From NCBI GenBank assembly GCA_951406725.2, contig OX597814.1:15066001-15130000 (forward strand): a stretch of DNA of 64,000 bases, given 5' to 3'. The DNA is from Octopus vulgaris. Its lineage: Eukaryota. Under the pieces are notes generated by a model. The model made no database searches and was not told the origin of the DNA. It worked only from the letters and a program-made list of their open reading frames with translations. Every line of letters begins with the position of its first letter. The first letter of the stretch is position 1. Position numbers and translations under genes: made by a program. This document shows positions 26,301 through 40,259 of this stretch, piece after piece.

Positions 26301-29300
26301 AGTTTATTTGTACTATTTTTAGTTGCTGTTCTATTTTTAGTTTATTTGTCCTATTTTTAGTTTATTTGTCCAATTTTTAGCTTATTTCTACTATTTTTAT
26401 TTTATTTGTCCTATTTTTATTTTATTTGTTCTATTGTTAGTTTATTTGTCCTATTCTTAGTTGCTGTTCTATTTTTAGTTTATTTCTTCTATTTTTAGTT
26501 TATTTGTCCTAATTTTAGTTGCTGTTCTATTTTTAGTTTATTTGTCCTCTTTTTAGCTGCTGTTCTATTTTTATAGCTTCTATTTATAGCTTCTATTTAT
26601 AGCTTCTATTTATAGATTCTCTTTATAGATTCTATTTATTTATTTATTTATTTATAGATTCTATTTATAGATTCTATTTATAGATACTATTATAGATTCT
26701 ATTTATAGATTCTATTTATAGATTCTATTTATTGATTCTTTTTATAGATTCTATTTATAGATACTCTTTATTTATTTATTTATTTATTTATTTATAGATT
26801 CTATTTATTGATACTATTTAAAGATTCAATTTATAGGTACTATTTATAGATTCTATTTATAGATTCTTTTTATAGATTCTTTTTATAGATTCTATTTATA
26901 GATACTATTTATTTATTTATTTATTTATTTATTTATAGATTCTATTTATAGATTCTTTTTATTTATTTATTTATTTATTTACTTATAGATTCTAAAAATA
27001 GAACAAATAAACTAAAAACAGAAAAGCAACTAAAAATAGAACAAATAAAGTAAAAATAGGACAGCAACTACAAATAGAACAGCAAGTAAAAATAGAACAG
27101 CAACAAAAAATAGGACAAATAAACTAAAAATAGAATAGCATCTAAAAATAGAACAAATAACCTAAAAATAGAACAGCAACTAAAAATAGAACAGCAACTA
27201 AAAATAGAACAAATAAACTAAAAATAGAACAGCAACGAAAAATAGAACAGCAAGTAAAAATTGAACAGGAACTAAATATAGAACAAATAAACTAAAAATA
27301 GAACAGCAACTAATAATAGAACAAATAAACTAAATATAGAACAGCAACTAAAAATAGAACAGTGAGTAAAAATTGAACAGAAACTAAAAATAGAACAAAT
27401 TAACTAAAAATAGAACAACAACTAAAAATAGAACAGCAAATAATAATAGAACAAATAAACTAAATATAGAACAGCAACTAAAAATAGACCAGCAACTAAA
27501 AATAGAACAAATAAACTAAAAATAGAACTGCAACTAAAAATAGAACAGCAACTAAAAATACAACAGCAACTAGAAATAGAACAGCAACTAAAAATAGGAC
27601 AATAAACTAAAAAGAGAACAGCAACTAAAAATAGAACAGCAACTAAAAATACGACAAATAAACTAAAAATAGAACAGCAACTAAAAATAGGACAAATAAA
27701 CTAAAAATAGAACAGCAACTAAAAATAGGACAAATAAACTAAAAATAGAACAGCAACTAAAAATAGAACAGCCACTAAAAATAGGACAAATAAACTAAAA
27801 ATAGAACAGCAACTAAAAATAGAACAGCAACTTAAAATAGAACAAATTAACTTAAAATAGAACAGCAAGTAAAATTAGAACAGCAACTAAAAATAGAACA
27901 AATAAAATAAAAATAGAATAGCAACTAAAAATAGAACAAATAAACTAAAAATAGAACAGCAACTAAAAATAGGACAAATAAACTAAAAACAGGCCAAATA
28001 AACTAAAAATAGGACAAATAACCTTAAAATAGGACAAATAAACTAAAAATAGAACAAATAAACTAAAAATAGAACAGCAACTAAAAATAGAACAAATAAA
28101 CTAAAAATAGAACAAATAAACTAAAAATAGAACAGCAACTAAAAATAGAACAAATAAACTAAAAATAGAACAGCAACTAAAAATAGAACAAATAAACTAA
28201 AAATAGAACAGCAACTAAAATAGAACAGCAACTAAAAATAGAACAAATGAACTAAAAATAGAACAGCAACTAAAAATAGAACAGCAACTAAAAATAGAAC
28301 AGAAACTAAAAATAGAACAAATAAACTAAAAATAGAACAGCAACTAAAAATAGAACAGCAACTAAAAATAGGACAAATAAACTAAAAATAGAACAGCAAA
28401 TAAAAATAGAACAGCAACTAAAAATAGGACAAATAAACTAAAAATAGAACAGCAACTAAAAATATGACAACAAATAAAAATAGAACGAATAAACTAAAAA
28501 TAGAACAGCAACTAAAAATAGAACAGCAAGTAAAAATAAAACAGCAACTAAAAATAGAACAAATAAATTAAAAATAGAACAGCAACTAAAAATAGAACAA
28601 ATAAACTAAAAATATTTGTACTATTTTTTGTTTATTTGTCCTATTTTTAGCTTATTTATCCTATTTTAGTTTTTTTGTCCTATTTTTTGTTTATTTGTTC
28701 TATTTTTAGTTTATTTGTTCTATTTTTAGTTGCTGTTCTATTTTTAGTTAATGTTCTATTTTTAGTTTATTTGTTCTATTTTTAGTTGCTGTCCTATTTT
28801 TAGTTTATTTATCCTATTTTTAGTTTATTTGTTCTATCTTTAGTTTATTTGCCCTATTTTTAGTTTATTTGTTCTATTTTTAGTTTATTTGTTCTATTTT
28901 TAGTTGCTGTTCTATTTTTAGTTTATTTGTTCTATATTTAGTTGCTGTTCTATTTTTAGTTTATTTGTTCTATTTTTAGTTGCTGTTCTATTTTTAGTTT
29001 ATTTGTTCTATTTTTAGTTGCTGTTCTATTTTTAGTTGCTGTTCTATTTTTAGTTTATTTGTTCTATATTTAGTTGCTTTTCTATTTTTAGTTTATTTCT
29101 ACTATTTTTTGTTGGTGTTCTATTTTTAATTTATTTCTCCTATTTTTAGTTTATTTGTCCTATTTTTAGTTTATTTGTCCTAATTTTAGTTGCTGTTCTA
29201 TTTTTAGTTTATTTGTCCTATTTTTAGTTGCTGTTCTATTTTTATAGCTTCTATTTATAGCTTCTATTTATAGCTTCTATTTATAGCTACTATTTATATA

Positions 29301-32299
29301 TTCTATTTATAGATTCTATTTATAGATTCTATTTATAGATTCTATTTATAGATTCTATTTATTTATTTATTTATAGATTCTATTTATAGATTCTATTTAT
29401 AGATACTATTTATAGATTCTATTTATTGATTCTATTTATAGATTCTATTCATAGATTCTATTTATGGATTCTATTGATAGAATCTATTTATAGATACTCT
29501 TTATTTATTTATTTATTTATTTATAAATTCTATTTATAGATTCTATTTATAGATACTATTTATAGATTCTATTTATAGATTCTATTTATAGATTCTATTT
29601 ATAGATTCTATTTATTTATTTATTTATTTATTTATTTTTTTATTTATAGATACTATTTATAGATTCTATTTAAAGATTCTATTTATAGATTCTATTTATA
29701 GATTCTATTTCTAGATTCTATTTATAGATTCTATTAATAGATTCTATGTATTGATTATATTTAATTATTTATTTATTTATTTTTTTACTTATAGATTCTA
29801 AAAATAGGACAAATAAACTAAAAATAGAAAAGCAACTTAAAATAGAACAGCAACTAAAAATAGAACAAATAAACTAAAAATTGAACAGCAACTAAAAATA
29901 GAACAGCAAGTAAAAATAGAAGAGAAACTAAAAATAGGACAAATAAACTAAAAATAGAACAGCATCTAAAAATAGAACAAATAAACTAAAAATAGAACAG
30001 CAAGTAAAAATTGAACAGAAACTAAAAATAGAACAAATAAACTAAAAATAAAACAGCAACTAATAATAGAACAAATAAACTAAATATAGAACAGCAACTA
30101 AAAATAGAACAGCAACTAAAAATAGAACAAATAATAGAACAAATAATCTAAAAATAGAACAGCAACTAAAAATAGAACTGCAATTAAAAATAGAACAAAT
30201 AAACTAAAAATAGAACAGCAACTAAAAATAGAACAGCAAGTAAAAATTGAACAGAAACTAAAAATAGAACAAATAAACTAAAAATAGAACAGCAACTAAA
30301 AATAGGACAAATAAACTAAAAATAGAACAGCAACTAAAAATTGAACAGCCACTAAAAATAGGACAAATAAACTAAAAATAGAAAAGCAACTAAAAGTATA
30401 AAAGCAAGTAAAAATAGAACAGCAACTAAAAATAGAACAAATAAACTAAAAATAGAACAGCAACTAAAAATAGAACAAATAAACTAAAAATAGAACAGCA
30501 ACTAAAAATAGAACAGCAACTAAAAATAGAACAAATAAACTAAAAATAGAACAGCAACTAAAAATAGAACAGCAACTAAAAATAGAACAGCAACTAAAAA
30601 TAGAACAAATAAACTAAAAATAGAACAGCAACTAAAAATAGAACAGCAACTAAAAATAGAACAAATAAACTAAAAATAGAACAAATAAACTAAAAATAGA
30701 ACAGCAACTAAAAATAGAACAAATAAACTAAAAATAGAACAGCAACTAAAAATAGAACACATAAACTAAAAATGGAACAGCAACTAAAATAGAACAGCAA
30801 CTAAAAATAGAACAAATGAACTAAAAATAGAACACCAACTAAAAATAGAACAGCAACTAAAAATAGAACAGAAACTAAAAATAGAACAAATAAACTAAAA
30901 ATAGAACAGCAACTAAAAATAGAACAAATAAACTAAAAATAGAACAGCAACTAAAAATATGACAAATAAATTAAAAAATAGACCAGCAACTAAAAATAGA
31001 ACAAATAAACTAAAAATAGAACAGCAACTAAAAATAGAACAGCAACTAAAAATAGGACAAATAAACTAAAAATAGAACAGCAACTAAAAATAGAACAAAT
31101 AAACTAAAAATAGAACAGCAACTAAAAATAGGACAAATAAACTAAAAATAGAACAGCAACTAAAAATAGAACAAATAAACTTAAATTAGAACAGCAACTA
31201 AAAATAGAACAGCAACTGAAAATAGAACAAATAAACTAAAAATAGAACAGCAACTAAAAATAGAACAAATAAACTAAAAATAGAACAGCAACTAAATATA
31301 GAACAAATAAACTAAAAATAGAACAGCAACTAAAAATAGAACAAATAAACTAAAAATAGAACAGCAACTAAAAATAGAACAAATAAACTAAAAATAGAAC
31401 AGCAACTAAAAATAGGACAAATAAACTAAAAATAGAACAGCAGCTAAAATTAGAACAAATAAACTAAAAATAGAACAGCAACTAAAAATAGGACAAATAA
31501 ACTAAAAATAGAACAGCAACTAAAAATAGAACAAATAAACTAAAAATAGAACAGCAACTAAAAATAGAACAAATAAACTATAAATAGAACAGCAACTAAA
31601 AATAGGACAAATAAATTAAAAATAGAACAGCAACTAAAAATAGAACAAATAAATTTAAAATAGAACAGCAACTAAAAATAGAACAAATAAACTAAAAATA
31701 GAACAGCAACTAAAAATAGGACAAATAAACTAAAAATAGAACAGCAACTAAAAATAGAACAAATAAACTAAAAATAGAACAGCAACTAAAAATAGAACAG
31801 CAACTAAAAATAGGACAAATAAACTAAAAATAGAACAGCAACTAAAAATAGAACAGCAACTAAAAATAGAACAAATAAACTAAAAATAGAACAGCAACTA
31901 AAAATAGGACAAATAAACTAAAAATAGAACAGCAACTAAAAATAGAACAAATAAACTAAAAATAGAACAGCAACTAAAAATAGAACAAATAAACAAAAAA
32001 TAGAACAGCAACTAAAAATAGAACAGCAACTAAAAATAGAACAGCAACTAAAAATAGAACAAATAAACTAAAAATAGAACAGCAACTAAAAATAGAACAA
32101 ATAAACTAAAAATAGAACAAATAAACTAAAAATAGAACAGCAACTAAAAATAGGACAAATAAACTAAAAATAGAACAGCAACTAAAAATAGAACAAATAA
32201 ACTAAAAATAGAACAGCAACTAAAAATGGAACAAATAAACTAAAAATAGAACAGCAACTAAAAATGGGACAAATAAACTAAAAATTGAACAGCAACTAA
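14027..32299. repeat. Composite satellite: 13-bp (ATAGATTCTATTT)n/(TTTA)n blocks alternating with arrays of 18-bp (AGTTGCTGTTCTATTTTT) and 20-bp (AGTTTATTTGTYCTATTTTT) units in both orientations
   Basis: 13-mer blocks at ~14027-15625, 17228-18288, 19866-20457, 26573-26992 and 29244-29798. T-rich 18/20 blocks at ~15667-17227, 18330-19865, 20499-20822, 24861-26572 and 28614-29243. A-rich (inverted) blocks at ~20823-24860, 26993-28613 and 29799-32299. Confidence 0.97.
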
Positions 32300-32301
32300 T
32301 T

Positions 32302-33873
32302 AGAGGCATCCTTTCGGTAATTTGCGTAAATGGACATCTATCGAGACCTTTCCACATTGCACGTTCGGTCCGTCAGGGATGCCCCCTCTCGGCGCTTCTA
32401 TACGTATTGACTCTTGATCCACTACTGCGGAAGCTGGCGACTCTAAAGGGCATCTCGCGAGAATTGGGATGCGGGACGAGCGTGTCTGCATACGCGGACG
32501 ACGTCACCATCATAGTGTCAAGCCACGAGCACATCGAGCGGGTCGGCGAGACACTGAAAGACTACGAAGCGGTGACAGGAGCAAAAATCAACCGGGAAAA
32601 TCAGTGGGCTTGAGGCTCGGCACCTGGAGAAGGAAGCCCATGCCGTCCACCAGTACCTCCGTCGTGGGACGCTGGACAGACGGCCCGGTTGAGTTGCTCG
32701 GGTTCTGGTTCGGTCCGGACCTCCAAATGGAGAGGAACTGGAACGAGATAACGAGTAGGGTGGTCACTCTCGCCCAGCAATGTGCCGAGAGGAAACTGTC
32801 CCTAAAAGGTCGGGCGGAGGTGGTGAACGCGTACATCGCGTCCATCATCTACTACCGCCTGACCGTCGTTCCTTGTCCCGACCCTACCATCACCAAACTA
32901 GATCGCATCCTCTTCCGCTTCTTGTGGAAAGGATGCGTCCCGATGGTCAGGCGATCCATTTGCTGTCAACACCCGTTAAAAGGAGGGCTGGGCATGCCGT
33001 GGTTGATGATGCGCAGACACGCGCTGAGACTGCGACATCTCCGGCTCTATGTAGACGACGGTGAACAGGTGTGGTCGCCGTTTGTGAGGCACGCATTCCC
33101 GCAACTCGTCTCCATGACCGAACTACAGTCGTGGATCAAAAAGAGGCCGAGGAAGGGCGAATGGCACCGCGAGTGTCGCGTTGCTCTCAAGCAACTCTGC
33201 CGTCCCGGGTCGACCTTGAGTGACTTCAACACAACCAAAGCATTCTATAGGGGATTAGTGGAGGGGAGGTACGACGACGAGCTCGGGGCGAACCTGGACG
33301 TCGACGTGGAATATCTGACCCGCCTGTTCGGGACGACTTCGGGCCAGGGCCCATGGACAACTTCCAGAGATCCCTGGCCTGGCAGTGCTACCGAGAAGCG
33401 CTACCCGTTCGGGATAAGCTCTACAGACACGGCTCGAGAAACACGGGGCCGACCTGCCCGAGATGCGGTCAGAGCGACGAAACCGTTCTGCACGCACTCG
33501 TGCAGTGTCCAGCAATTTCCCACCTGTGGGCTTATGTCGAACGACTGCTGTCACGTGTGGGACGTGTCGGTTTATCAGCCGAGTCTATCGTTAATATCGT
33601 CACGCCTCCTTCCTTCAAACGGGAAGGAAGAGCTATTTTTATCATACTTGTGGCTATGGCGAAAGAATGTATCTGGTGGACGCGCCTGAAAGGATTAGAT
33701 ACAAACACTTTCCTCTCTGGTCAATCTCTCATCAACTTCTTCAAGTATCACTTGAAGAAAAAGTGAGAGTAGAGAGGCAAGTTTTGTCTAGTGAATGTTT
33801 TAAAAAAAGATGGGTGAATGTAGCAAGGATGGCACGTATGAATGACGAAGCCACCTTGACTATGATTCTATGA
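32302..33873 (+). pseudogene. ORF2 (reverse transcriptase plus C-terminal zinc-finger-like region) of an L1/Tx1-clade non-LTR retrotransposon, 5'-truncated, three -1 frameshifts
   Basis: Joined frames give VNGHLSRPFHIARSVRQGCPLSALLYVLTLDPLL…SAYADDVTII…GAKINREKS…LSLKGRAEVVN…FLWKG…PLKGGLGMP…CPRCGQSDETVLHALVQC. These are RT motifs (QGCPLS, YADD), L1/Tx1-typical 'LS..GR', 'GGLG' and the CxxC…H…C motif. Confidence 0.92.
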
Positions 33874-34255
33874 ACCGTAAAAATTAATACAGAGAGTTGC
33901 TTATTTGCAAAAAAAAAAAAAAAGAAATATAACATGTGACTTCATTGACCGAGGTTACCGTGGTCTTTTCCGTAGGCTTTTCTTTCCACGGGTAAACCTC
34001 ACCTGTCCTCCCCTTTACACTTCATATTGACATTTCTGTGATAACGATCCCTATTGATCAATTTTTTCCTCCCCCCTTTTTTTAACCCCCACTTTTTTTT
34101 GTCCTCTTTCTCTCCTTTTACGATCCCTTTTGATCGACCCCCCCTTTTTTTAAATTTAGATTTAAATTTTTTATTTTTTTTTACCTTCAAAAGAAAAGCT
34201 CTACCTTGTAATTTGTTCTATCTGTGTGCAGCCCTGTGTGGCTAATAAAGAAACA
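32302..34255 (+). mobile_element. L1/Tx1-type LINE including 3' UTR and polyA signal
   Basis: GC-rich ORF2, T-rich 3' UTR, AATAAA at ~34244, then (TATC)n directly. Confidence 0.88.
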
Positions 34256-34322
<67 letters not shown>

Positions 34323-34380
34323 ATATCCATCTATCTATCTAACTATCTATCTCTCCATCTATGTATCCATCTATCTATCT
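34256..34380. repeat. (TATC)n microsatellite
   Basis: Read directly. Confidence 0.95.
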
Positions 34381-34809
34381 AATTACTCTTTTGGCCATTT
34401 CGCCATATAACTCGTTTGTTTAAACGGATTCAACATAAATATATGAAGATGGATAGACACGTCGATGAATCGAAGAGATATGCCAAGGCATATTTTCGCG
34501 CATGCGTACCTATCCATCTTTCGATCTGTCTATCTGCATGGTTGCTCTTTTGATCAGTTCCCAATATATTTATCGCTCATTCCTTGTCTACCCAGTCATA
34601 TATTCACTTATACACGCGTGCACGAACAAACACACACACATACATTTGCACACACATACACGCGCATATATTTATACATCTATTTATTTATAGTAGAAAC
34701 ATTGTGAAGCATTAATTCAAGCCGTACTAAAAGAGTCTGAATAAAGCAAATTCCGATGAGTATACGAAGTAACTGTCAACGTAATATAACGGATAGCTTA
34801 TTACAATTT

Positions 34810-35310
<501 letters not shown>

Positions 35311-36798
35311 ATGAATATCTGTTATTCTCTCTCTTCTCTGTTTTCTTGAGCCAATAGAGTGCTATTGAGCCATCAGAATGCTATTACTAGAAATATCTAA
35401 ACTACCTCCGGTTTGCATAACCAAGCAACGACCAAACAATAGTGTCCGAATTATAGTAGTAATCGCCATCATCGTCGAAGGCATTGTGGAATTCGCCAAA
35501 CATCAACCTCGAAAGAAGTTTTTGGGTATCAAATTTCGATACCGGATGCTAATAGTTTTCAACCATTGTAAGGGACAATAATAGCTTAAGGCCGATAGCC
35601 CGAAACAGACGACGTAGTTCCATATAGATTCAGCAATCAGCAAAATGCCTCCTCTGTCCTACCTATTTCTTTCTTTCAATCTTTTCTTTTCTATCTTTCT
35701 ATCTTCCTTTACTTTTTAAGTGGATGTGTTGGACTCTGTTCACGATAGAATTCTAACAGTTGTTCACAATATTTTTAATCGATCACTCGAACGAGCAGGT
35801 AAGTTAAACCATGAACTCACCCAAAATGTATATCAGACACAGCTGTAAGTGCTCAATGCACAAATAATGTAAAAAGCCCGTTATTTATGCATTTTCGGAA
35901 CAACGAAAAAACAGAGTACAAGACAACTACACAAGGAAAACTCCCATTCATCAGCCGTCCCTAGTTCACACACTCTCACACACATATGCGTATATACATA
36001 CTAATATATTATACTCTTAAAAATACTCATATCTTTAAAATATTTATATTTGCTAATGGGAAATTTTGTTCTGAGTAGTGCTTTCAAGTGTATCGGCTTG
36101 CGAGACCCTAGTTAGGGATCTCCAGGATATTGAGAAGTGCGAAAACACCTCTTAGACACAATTTTCCTCGGGTCTTTTTTGAGACAGAGTAGAGCACATC
36201 CCTGAGTCCAAAGTAGCAGGACAATGTGGAAGTAACCTTTGTGATTCAACGAAAGGGAAGCGGGAGGCAACAACGGATCATGGAGTGCAGAGAGTAAGAT
36301 GAGACATGTAAACGCAGCTTGGTCATTCAAGGCAGCCTTCTCCATCTCTAGTCGTCTTGACCTGGTCTTGTCACTGGAATAAAGACGAGCGTAGGCAAAA
36401 GAGTGAGGATGGTATGCAACTCTTCTCATTAAAGTTCTCGCGCAAGTCTTCAATCGTTCTAAGATTACTTGATAGTCATCGTCGCTCCGGCGGACGACAT
36501 GATACAAGTGAAGGGAGTCTCTGTTGTAGGCGGTGTCACTGAAGGGAGTTGGGTATAGGGATGTATATTCAGAGGCTAGGATTTAAAGTTTGCGGATGAT
36601 GTGAGTGTAGGTGTTGGGTTGTCTGAGGTGTGGATAATAGAGGAAAATAGCAGAGTGGGCTGAGTGCTGCTGTAAATTAGTGGGAAAGAGGGGGGAGTCA
36701 GTGGAGTAAAGTGTCAAACTCTAGATCAGGTTGGGATGAAAGTGCAATTTAAAAAATTGAGGAGATAATCTCAACTGAAGGTTAAGCTTTAAAGAAGA

Positions 36799-37348
36799 AA
36801 ATATTCAAACCTGAAGAATCTACCCGAGTAGATGCAAGCGCTATTACATATGATTTATAAAAGCATGTGACATATTAATAAAAAACTGTAAATGTACAAC
36901 CATCCTGATTTCTGAGTACCTTATTCTTTTCCCTTGGAAGTGAGTTTAGGAAAAACGATGCCAGAGTCCAAGCCGCAGGCCGAGAGATGCTGAATGGAAC
37001 GGTTATACATACGTACATACATACATATATGTGTGTGAGTATTTCTGTGTCTGTGTGTATGTATATGTTTATGTGTGTGTTATTGAGGGTTTCTTCATAC
37101 ACACATACATATAAAAGTATAGATGATAGTAATTTTTGTATTTGTCTTACGTTGAAGTTGAACTTGCAAAAACAGGTCTGATCTAGCGTGATGCAGGTTA
37201 GTTGTATTTGGAAGCGTGCATTCGTTATAAACACAGTGCTTTCGTCTTTTCTGCAAGATCTCTCTTTAAATTCTTTGAGGTTTGCAGAGAAATTATCGTT
37301 AAATCGCTAGCATTTTAGGTAATATTTATATACATACATACATACATA

Positions 37349-37419
<71 letters not shown>

Positions 37420-37743
37420 ATGTATATATATATATATATGTGTTTATATATATACATATGTACGTATGTATGTATATGTATATAGAGATACACACTCACA
37501 CACACACTTTCTCTCACTTTCTCCCTGTTTCTCACCCTCTTTTTTGTATATTATATCTCTCTCCACCTCTACACACTCAATAATACTATAAAATGAGAGG
37601 AATCCCCTCAACAAATATTCAAACCTGAAGAATATACTCGAGTAGATGCAAGCGCTATTATATATGATTTATAAAAGCATGTGAGATATTAATAAAAATC
37701 TGTAAATGTACAACTATCCTGATTTCTGAGTACCTTATTCTTT
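36799..37743. repeat. ~131-bp direct repeat pair (36799-36929 and 37613-37743)
   Basis: Both copies run AAATATTCAAACCTGAAGAAT…GTAGATGCAAGCGCTATTA…CTGATTTCTGAGTACCTTATTCTTT with few mismatches. Confidence 0.85.
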
Positions 37744-37868
37744 CTAATATATAATACCTGTACATCACCTCCAAACCTTCTAATACATACATACATACAT
37801 ACATACATACATTCATACATACATACATACATACATACATACATACATACATACATACATACATACAT

Positions 37869-37945
<77 letters not shown>

Positions 37946-38009
37946 CATATATGTATATATATGCATATGCATCACTAAATGTGACTAGGGTCTTGTCTCA
38001 AAAACTGGT

Positions 38010-38170
38010 CACGAAGACGAAGACAGGTGAAGGAAGAAGCAATAGTATTGGTTTAACGCGCTGGAAGATTGAAAAGTCTTTGACACTTCAAATCTACGCT
38101 CTTCGACAGAAAGAATTGAGAGGCGAAAAAACGGAGAGATAAAGAAATAAAACGAAGAGAGAAATACATA
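38010..38170 (-). mobile_element. Short interspersed repeat with a degenerate hammerhead-like motif (family H)
   Basis: Similar to 40260-40390 (-) and 49195-49370 (+). Confidence 0.55.
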
Positions 38171-39182
38171 TATATATATAAACGGTTATAACTGCAGGAT
38201 TCGTTAAAATCAAGGTATCTTGCTATTAATGACACAAAGCGAGGGGCAAAATCAGCACATCGGTGTATATGCCATATACAAGCAAATCTATATATTCCCA
38301 TACACAGCGGCATGCAGTTTCATGATCGAATGTAAATTCCAAACCAAATACCAAATTTTTAATTCATCTAAAGAAACTGTTTTTCTTTTCAGGATGTAAA
38401 TAAAATATTAATCAATAAAACACCAATTTGAAACACCTGCAGTTAACATTTAAAACATTTGTATTCTTATTTTATACACACGCGCGCACACACACATATT
38501 TATATATATATATATATATATACAGAGAGAGAGAGGGGGGATAAATACATGCATGTGTGTATGCGCGCGCGTGTGTGTGTGTGTGTGTGTAGGTAATGGA
38601 AAGGAAGGTGGCAGCATTCGAGCAGACGTCATTTCTCGGATGACGCATTGATTCTGCCCCGCCCAGAATCAATAACATCAGAAACGTAATTATATCTAAT
38701 ATATCTTCGTAAGAGAATTAGTGCTTTTTAAGAAGAACAGTTTCAAAAATTAAGACAAGTATAAATAGTCCAAAAAAGTTTATGTACACACGTAAGATTA
38801 AGTTATCTAATCATGAATCTCACAGAAAGCAACAAAAGTCAAACTGAATATATCATTCTAACGAAATAATTTTCAAATTTAAATATTTGAGATATTTATT
38901 TTTGCATAAGGTTTCTTATTCAAACTAAGATATCTTAAACGCATATATATACACAATATAAATACTCATAAGTACATACACACATACATACATACATATA
39001 TGCACACATGTGGGCGTATATATGTATGTATTCATTCATATGTGTATGTATATTTATGTATGTATATTACAGTTTGAGTGTGAGATGTCTATAGGTAATT
39101 CTTACTCATACATATACATATATACATACAATATACATACCCATAAGTACATACGTACATACATATATGCACACATGTGGTC

Positions 39183-39224
<42 letters not shown>

Positions 39225-40010
39225 TCATTTTTATGCGTCAATCTGTACATCAAGATATGATGATTTCATGCTTTATACATTATCTGATATTCATAAAAAT
39301 AAAGCTGTTCGGAAGTAGTAATCCATGTTTTCATGGCAGAATATGCTTTCAAATCTCAAAGAACTTTGAAAACAATAAAATTAAATCAATATATCTATAA
39401 AATGTTGAATATGTATTTTTGCATACTTCTCACATTATTTGACTTTCGCTATCTCCCTCCGTCTTTTTGTACACATACATACATACATACGTACATACAT
39501 ACATACATACATACATACATACATACATACATACATACATACATACATACATACATACATACATACATAAATATATATGTCTGTGAGTATATACTTTAAG
39601 GGTTGACATATTAGCCTGTAATAGAGTGAGGGACAGAGAAAGAAAAAATGAGAGGAAGAATTCTATAGGGATGTTAGTGACCGTGTACCGGTGTGTGTAC
39701 AGGAGCGCCAAAGTCAGATGTTAGTATGTGAATAGTGGTGTGTTTATATGTATATGAGAGCTTAATTGAAAGATGTGTCAGTTTCCGTTAGACATACGCA
39801 CAACCATGTCTTCCTCTATATATATACATACCTGGGTATATATATCAATATAAATAGATAGATAAATACTTGTGTGTGTGTGTGTGGGGTGGTGTATGTA
39901 TGTATATATATAAGTATACATACAAATATACATATATGTATATACATGTATATGTATGTATGTATGTATCTATCTATCTATCTATCTATTTATCTATATC
40001 TCTCTCTCTT

Positions 40011-40140
<130 letters not shown>

Positions 40141-40178
40141 AATATCTATCTATCTATATATATACTTACACACACACG

Positions 40179-40212
<34 letters not shown>

Positions 40213-40259
40213 ATTGGAATTTACAAAGAAAGACAATAAAAAAAACTAAGAAAGCAAAA

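Noticed and set aside
14027-32299. CRISPR-like or coding interpretation of the 18/20-bp arrays (LFLVAV ORFs)
   Set aside because: No unique spacers, no cas genes, eukaryotic context; these are tandem satellite units.
14027-32299. Telomeric repeat
   Set aside because: No (TTAGGG)n or similar G-rich short repeat; the TTTTAG substring is part of longer AT-rich monomers.
36060-36720. GC-richer segment with a 131-aa ORF, possible Penelope or other retroelement remnant
   Set aside because: No diagnostic motif could be read with confidence in any frame.
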